From Eledone cirrhosa (taxonomy: Eukaryota), in the NCBI GenBank assembly GCA_964016885.1, contig OZ024740.1, positions 141,608,001 through 141,672,000 on the forward strand: a DNA stretch of 64,000 nucleotides. Direction: 5' to 3'. Under the pieces are notes generated by a model, which was not told the DNA's origin, ran no database searches, and saw only the letters and a list, made by a program, of their open reading frames with translations. The position numbers and the translations under genes are program-made. Below are positions 56,843 to 64,000 of the stretch, in pieces; within the stretch, counting starts at the first letter, position 1; every line of letters begins with the position of its first letter.

Positions 56843-59457
56843 ATTTATTAAAATAACAGATTAAAGTTTAAGCAAAGAATCGCTGCTTTCACCCTTAACG
56901 GGATCTTCTGTTGGCTCCCTCGGTTGAGCACTCTATTGACTTATATTCATCATGCAGAAACAACATCTGAATACAAAGAACATACCCGTACCAAGCAGGA
57001 AAACATACCTAAAACTCCTGATACAGAAAACAGACGCGTTCATTAAAAGGTTGCGTTGGCGTGCCTTTTATTCCGATAATCAGGGAAAAGAAGACAACAA
57101 ACAGGATAAATTTGGGTTTAAAACCTATAATAACCCTCCGAGTAACCCAGCATTGCTACCCTTCGAAAATGATGTCTTGGAACTCATACGGAGTATCAAA
57201 TTTCGGAATAGGAGCAATTCCTTCCAGCAGGACCTGAAGAATAGAATTCGTTCTATTAAGGATTCTAATGCCGTGCACGTACACTCCGACAAAACTGGCA
57301 ATCTATATCAAGTGGAGCGCAGTGCTTACCATCAACTGCTACATAATGCTGTAACTAAGGATTACCGTAAAACTAATCGGAGCGTCATTAATGAAATCAC
57401 GATGCTGGGTTTAAAATCACCTCTGATCTCAACATCCTGGACCGGACCGAACCTCTGGACCCTATTTCTCCCCACTTTACCCTGAACGATCACAAATCCA
57501 ATTTTCCGAACAACCCCTCTATTCGGCTTATTAACCCTACGAAGTCCGATTTAGGTAGACTTAGTAAAAGGATTCTTGATAGAATTATACCTGAAATTAG
57601 AAGTTTGGCCCGTCTTGCACTGTGGAACAATTCTTTCGCGGTGATTGATTGGTTCAATGGCATATGCGACAAGGAGCATTGCCATTTTATCCAATTCGAC
57701 ATCAATAATTACTACTCCTCCATTACTTTACCACTTCTCCTTAAAGCTATCAATTTCGCTAAAACACCCACAGTGGTTAAGGATTTCGAAGTTGATGTCA
57801 TCCTCAATGCCCGTAAGTCGGTGATAATTTCGACGACTCTATTTGGATTAAAACATCTAATAGTACCCCATTCGACGTGAGTACGGGCGCCAGCGATTCT
57901 GCGGAGGTTACTGATCTTATCGGCCTTTTCCTTTTTTTCTCTATCAAGGAAGAATTCCCCAACGTGGGCGGTGATATGTATCGTGATGATGGTCTTTTGA
58001 CCATGACTAAGTGCGGCCCACGCGCTTGCGACAGGTTCAGAAAAGAACTCACAGCCTTCTTTAACGGTTTCAACCTCTCCATACAGGTTGAAGCCAACCT
58101 CTCGTTCGTTAATTACATCGAGGTTACTCTCAATTTATCGAATGGCTTGCATTACCCGTATAGAAAGCCGAATGATACGCTTAATTACATAAGTAAGCAT
58201 TCTAACCATCCTGCCAGCATAACCAAGAACCTGGTAAGAAACGTTTCTTTGAGGCTTTCCCATCTATCTACTAACGAGCATATTTTCAACGACCATTCCA
58301 CATATTACAATGAAGCTCTTGCTCGGAGTGGATTTGTCGATAAGGTAGCATATACAGAGTACGAGAATAGACATAGAAGAAATAGATCCCGACGCATTAT
58401 ATGGTATAACCCACCATATAATATGGAGGTGGCCACATTATTAGCTAAGATCTTTCTCTCCCTTATTATGAAGCATTTTCTCCCTACACATAAATATAGT
58501 AACATTTTTAATAGAAATACTATTAAAATTTCTTACTCTACGACTCCTAACCTTGCACATAACATCACAGCTTCAAATTTAGCTAAACTACCTAGCCGTA
58601 GGAACACGTGCAACCCTGTAGTTAGTACTAACTGTAATTGTAGGAATCGGGTTGACTGCCCCCTATCCGAGAAATGCCTCTCTAGTAACATTGTCTACAA
58701 ATGTAAGGTTGAAACACCCACGTCCCGTAGGGCCTACATAGGGTTAACCGCCAATAGATTCAAGCAGCGTCTTTACATGCATACCCATTCTTTTCGTTAC
58801 CCTTTAAGAAGGAATATGACGTCACTTTCAGCTTATATCTGGAGTCTAAAAGACAACCACACCCAATATAAGTTACACTGGGAGATTCTAGTTAGGACTA
58901 GATCGTATAACGGAAATAAAAGACCATGTGACCTCTGCGCCGCTGAGGCCCTAGAAATACTCTACGCTAAAGACCACATCTTAAACAAAAAACCTGAGGC
59001 AATTTCGGCTTGTAAACATAAATTGCACAAAACTTTCATGTATTACAGCCCCACATTATACCCTAACGGATAGTACGAACTATACGCGGATATTTTACGT
59101 CTTGATGTGGTAGCTAAGTTTATGTTATGTTATGTTTATCCATTACTTATTTGTATAGGTAAGTATATATTACCTCTATGTTTTGTGAAGGTACGTATAC
59201 TTTCTCGTACGTATATTTGATTGTATATGTTATGGCGTATATATTATATATTCTGGTACATATGCTTTTGGTTATGTGTATACGTGAGTTTTGCGTCTGT
59301 GTGAGTATGCGGGTTCGTACGTATGTAGAGTGTGTGTATATGTGTACTTTGTGTTTTGGTTGACGTACGTCTCCGAACATATGTGTATTTACATGTAGGT
59401 ATGTGTGTGCGCTTGTTATATACGTATTTATTTATTTATATACGTTTGTTTAATTAG

Positions 59458-59504
<47 letters not shown>

Positions 59505-60278
59505 ATATATATTTTTATGTGTATTTGGTGTATATATTCGTATGCATGCGGGTACAGGCGTTGCGTGGGTTCTGTATGTGCGTGCGGGTTTCTTTTTTTT
59601 GTGTACGTGCGTGTATTTGTATACCTATGGCGAGTGTTTTCGCGTATGCTTGTGTATGTACGTATATGGATGCGTGTATGTATTTATTTAATTTCAATTA
59701 CCTCTGTATTTTATTTACTTTATTCTTAACTCTGAAGCCGAGAATCATTTGGTTTCTTAGTTAGAATTTTAGTCTACGACTTCAGTTATACCATTTACGT
59801 GGTTTTGTCTTTGCGTGCAATTATTCTCCCCGCTCCACATATGACGTATTATCTTCGTTTTTTCCGTTCATTGCCAGAGAACGTCTCTATGAACCACCTA
59901 ATAGAATATTAGTCTACGACTTCTTTTATACCATAAACATGGTCTTGTCTTTGCGTGTAATTGTTTCTCACCACTCCAAATAATGACGTATTATATTCGT
60001 TTTTTCCCGTTCTTTGCCAGGGAACGTTTCCACGAACCAATGTATCGTCTTCCTGTCTTCTTCCGGTTGCAACGTTTTTTGAAATATTCACTTCTGCGTT
60101 CACAGATTGACTTTGTTAGTTTCAGAAAATCCCGTTAAGGGTGAAAGCAGTGATTCTTTGCTTAAACTTTAATCTGTTATTTTAATAAATATTTGCTCTA
60201 CGGTTCTTATATATTTGATATATATTTATCCTTATCGAGCCCTCTTTGGATTTTAGTCTTCAAATTTATTATTATTAC
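56843..60278 (+). mobile_element. Near-full-length Penelope-like element (Hydra-like) in (TA)n
   Basis: RT+EN ORF; ~68-bp inverted repeat 56843-56910 / 60123-60190; HHR-like motif 60118-60168; ~140-bp tandem duplication 59763-60035. Confidence 0.92.
56952..59073 (+). pseudogene. PLE reverse transcriptase + GIY-YIG endonuclease (frameshifted near 57400-57490 and 57830-57880)
   Basis: KNIPVPS..FIKRLRW, SDKTGN, FIQFDI..YY.SI, GASDSAEV, YRDDGL, WYNPPY, CNCRNRVDCPL, IVYKC..YIGLT..FKQR, CDLC..E, CKH. Confidence 0.93.
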
Positions 60279-60432
60279 TATATATACACACATATATATA
60301 TATATATATAAAGCAATAGTATATATATATATACTGTTGCTTTTGCATTTAGACAAAATTCAGTGCTGTTGTTTATGTCCATGTCAGCCCTGATCAAGCG
60401 GACATGGATATAATCAAAGCGTTCATACCATG

Positions 60433-60741
60433 CAGGGCCGGATTTAATGGAGGGAAAAGGGGCCAACTGCTCTGGGTCTTCTACAGTGGAGGGCCCCACC
60501 AGCGACAGCCGTAGCAATTTATTTGTGCCCTCAACTAGGCTTTTTAGGATGGTTAGTATTTTTGAATTTAATACCTGTATGTATAACATTTCAGTTCCAA
60601 TTACAATTACTTGCGCCAAGCTAACTTTGATATGTAAAATGGGGGTTGGAGGGTTTCTGTGTATTTTAATTTTATGTGTATGAAGGCCACCCCACCAAAC
60701 CTGAAGTGCCCCCGGCCCTCCAGAGTCTAAATCCAACGCCG
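60433..60741. mobile_element. MITE, family of 31702-32020
   Basis: cagggccggatttaatgg start; shared internal sequence. Confidence 0.75.
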
Positions 60742-61649
60742 ATGATGTATTCAGAACTACATTATCCAATGAACCCTGTTTGTATGGTGAGTTGAGGTCA
60801 TTTAAAGAGCTATTTCTGCTTGATCGGGACACCATGTAGAGGTTTATATATATGGTGAGTTGAGGTTTTAGTTTCATTTAAGATCTATTTCTGGTAGATC
60901 AAGTCACTAAGTAGTGGTTCCTTCTTTTGCTTCGTTTTGTGAACATTTTTCTCCAAATATATGTGTTCTTCAGGACGATTATGTATTGTATATTTTAGGT
61001 TGACGGAAACCTTGCTAGAGTGCTTTCTTTTTTCTTGTTAATTTCTTGCCAGCCTTTTAATGTAACTATCTGTAGCCCGGTCACTGCCAGTCTGAGATCC
61101 GCCAAAGTAGTGCTGGGGTCCGTGAGCCAAGTACTTTACTTAAACAAAAAAAAAACATGCTATACACTCACAATTGACAATTGGGTATTCTCATTTAAAC
61201 AAACATTTCTTTCCTTCGATTATTATTTTTTTCAGGCAGCGAATTGGCAGAATAGTTAGAGTATTTGATAGCATATCTTGTACTATTTGTTCCGGCTCTC
61301 TGCTTTCTAATATATATACATACAAGCCAACTTCTATTTTAGCTGCTACTACCACCAAACCACCATGGAAGCGAGAGAGCGAAAGTGATAAACGAAAATG
61401 TTAATTTTTATATACATGTAAACTATGTTCTCTTATATCCTCTTCTAATTAATATGTACCTTAATTTTATTATATACTTTTTATCCTATTTCCTGTAGCA
61501 CGAAGAAGCCGAAATATTTATCAGCTGAAACTGGTACTATAAATTACTTTTTAAAAAATGCTTTGCTGTTATTTTATGAGAAAATCCTATAAGCATTTTC
61601 TACTTTTTTTCTTATTTTCCTAATAATATTAGGAAAATAAGAGAAAGTA

Positions 61650-63026
61650 GAAAGATATATATTAGCAATATATATCTTTCTTATGACGCTAAACTCTGCC
61701 AGTTGCAGACTGCACATCAACATGAGATATTCCTTTCCACAAAGTTCGATCACCAGCAGCAGAGTTTAAAGAGCAAAGATCAATTCCGTCCATTATCAGG
61801 CCATCGTTTTGGCTGCCGGCCTCTGCTTCTCTTACCAGCCAACCTTCCTTCCACGAGTTGATCTTTTTATATCATCATATAGTTTGAGTACTTTTGACTT
61901 GACAATTAATGTAATTGGTCTAAGTTTGGCAATGTTGAGCAGCTCACTGATACAGATACGGTCGCTGAGCTGCTTGCCAGTCATAAGTCTCATGATGTGG
62001 CTCTGGAATGTTGAGAGCTTCGGAAGTGACCTTGTCGTCCAATTAACACAATCAAGACCATATAACACAACTGGTAGGATGTAAGTATCAAAGATCATAG
62101 CCTTCAAATGATAGGAAACTCGTTTTGATGTTAGTACTTCCTTGTTCCTGTTGAAAGCTGCCCAACCTAGAGTGATGTGATACTGTGCAGCAACCATTGT
62201 TGTTTGGTGATAGTTTGTGACTGAGATATACAAACTCCGTAACTTTAGCAATTTGCTGGTTGTAGATTGTGAGTTGGAGATTGGTATTGTTTTTATCAGT
62301 TGTCATACACTTTGTTTCGGAGATGTTGATGTGTAAGCCAGCCTCCAGCGAATATTTGGCAAGTACATACAGAAAGTCTTGCAGATCAGTTCTAGAGTAA
62401 CTCATAATGGCCAGATCGTCTGCATAGCTAAGATTTGATAGGACTTTACCTCCTATTTGATAGTCAGAGGAGCATTCTTCTTCTGTTAGGTAGATAAGTG
62501 CAGCTATAACTATACAGAAAAGAAGTGCTGACAGTACATCCCCTGCTTAACTCCCTTCAAGATGTCTATACACCGTGTAGCTCCCAAATCTGTTTCGATA
62601 TATGCTGTTGAGTGGTGTAAGTTTCTTTCAGTAGGTTGATGTATTTTTTGTTAATTGGGGTCTTGTTTAAGAGTTACCACAAGCTGGGTAGTTTCACGTT
62701 GTCAAAAGCTTTTGTAAAGTCAATGAAGGTGGTGTGCACAGGGTTGTTGAATTCTATTGATTTCTCAATGATTTGTTCAATAGCTAGGATCTGCTCAAAC
62801 AGCCTCTTCTTGGTTGCTACGCAGTTTGCGTTTCAGGAAATGAGGCGTAAAGGTCTGACTTCACTCGTTCTGCAATGATACTCATGAAAAGCTTGTAAAC
62901 GTGACTCAATAGGCTGATAGGACGATAGTTCCCACAATCAAGTCTGCTACATTTTTTGTAGAGTACAACTATCAATGCTTTCTTGAACATGTCTGGGTTG
63001 TTTCCTGTAGTGATAATACAATTCAA
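61650..63026 (-). mobile_element. RTE-like LINE, RT to 3' end, decayed
   Basis: LYKK..DCGNYRPISLLSHVYKLF, FIDFTKAFD, GDVLSALLF, YADDL, GLHINISETKCM, ILPVVLYG. Confidence 0.9.
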
Positions 63027-63765
63027 GATGAAGAAATCAATAAGTTATATGACAACATACAGGCCATTATAGATAAGACGCCAAAGAGAGATCACCTCCT
63101 TTAGATGGGTGACTTTAACTGCAAAATTGGGCAACTGAACGAATCATTCCCATCAAGTATTGGAAAATATACCACAGGTACATTTAACTTGAGAGGCGAG
63201 CTTCTAGCCGAATTTTGTACGAGGAACAATCTGCAGATCACCAACACAATATTTCAAAATAAAAAACCTGTTCACTTGGATATCACCAGACAATATAATT
63301 AAGAATAAAATAGACTTTATAATAGCAAGAAAATCTTTTGCAAGACTAAGCATATTAGACAGCACTGCTCTTAACACCCCTGATATATCTGACTATCGTA
63401 TGGTGCGTACGAAATTTCGCATCGACTTTGTTTGGCACCAAAGAACTAAAATACCACCGAAAGTTAACTCTTATGTAACGAAACAGGAAGCCGATTTAAA
63501 CTCGAGTTGCAAAACCACTTTTCAGCTTTGCAATCTGATGAAGACTCTGACAACATTTATGATACTATTTGCAGAGGCATAAAAGAGGTATCTGAAGAGA
63601 TTTTACCTAAGGAAAACCTTTCCATCCCACAGTGGATGTCACTACAAACAAAGAAAGCAATATCTGAAAAACATAGAATCAGAAGAGAATGTGGCCACAC
63701 ATCACCCAAATATAGAAGAGCAAAGACTGAATCAAAAAGCTCGTTAGATCAGACAACCGTAAGCT
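63027..63765 (+). mobile_element. Inverted APE endonuclease/linker segment of a LINE
   Basis: MGDFNCKIG..N.RGELLAEFC..NNLQITNT.F, TWISPD, NKIDFII, SDYRMV. Confidence 0.85.
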
Positions 63766-63900
63766 AATAATTGTTTCTACGTTTGGCACAAGGTCAGCAA
63801 TTATCCAGTGCATTACTAGTACTTTATTTTATCGACCCCGTAAGGATGAAAGGCAAAGTTAACCTCGGCGGGATTTGAACTCAGAATGGCAAGGGCTTAA
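63766..63900 (-). mobile_element. tRNA-derived SINE
   Basis: Reverse complement of the 3611-3795 family. Confidence 0.85.
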
Positions 63901-63922
63901 GCTAATAATATATATATATATA

Positions 63923-64000
63923 CAGTGGCGGACTGGCCAAGTTGCAAGGTTATCCAATGGCAAGAGGTCCCGATGGGCCCACGGTAGCCTTGCAAGAGCC
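63923..64000. mobile_element. Possible left end of a hAT-like/MITE element
   Basis: cagtggcggactgg after (TA)n; cut off by the window end. Confidence 0.35.

Noticed and set aside
61494-61541. Hammerhead-like tag-cacgaaga-agc..gct-gaaa-ctgg-ta-cta
   Set aside because: Core lacks CUG and there is no second copy to reconstruct it

Overview
AT-rich eukaryotic (animal) DNA loaded with microsatellites. The SINE families and repeat landscape suggest an Octopus-like cephalopod (inference). Most of the ORF track is microsatellite translation. The real content is mainly decayed mobile elements: at least three lineages of Penelope-like retroelements (PLEs; near-complete copies at 42.2-47.4 kb and 56.8-60.3 kb), an R4/Dong-type RLE retrotransposon (52-55.8 kb), an RTE-like LINE with a 5' inversion, tRNA-derived SINEs, mariners, non-autonomous Helitrons and MITEs. 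The main hidden signal is RNA-structural. By eye I can fold roughly 30 type I hammerhead-ribozyme (HHR) motifs, intact or decayed, about one per 2 kb. Most lie in PLE termini or in short fold-back elements inserted into (TA)n. They include a recurrent compensatory U3:A8 core variant, head-to-head ribozyme pairs, and inversions that turn at or inside the ribozyme. Islands of unique sequence may also hold a spliced minus-strand host gene resembling a small secreted or neuropeptide-type precursor (low confidence). All folds and translations were done by eye and no database search was run.
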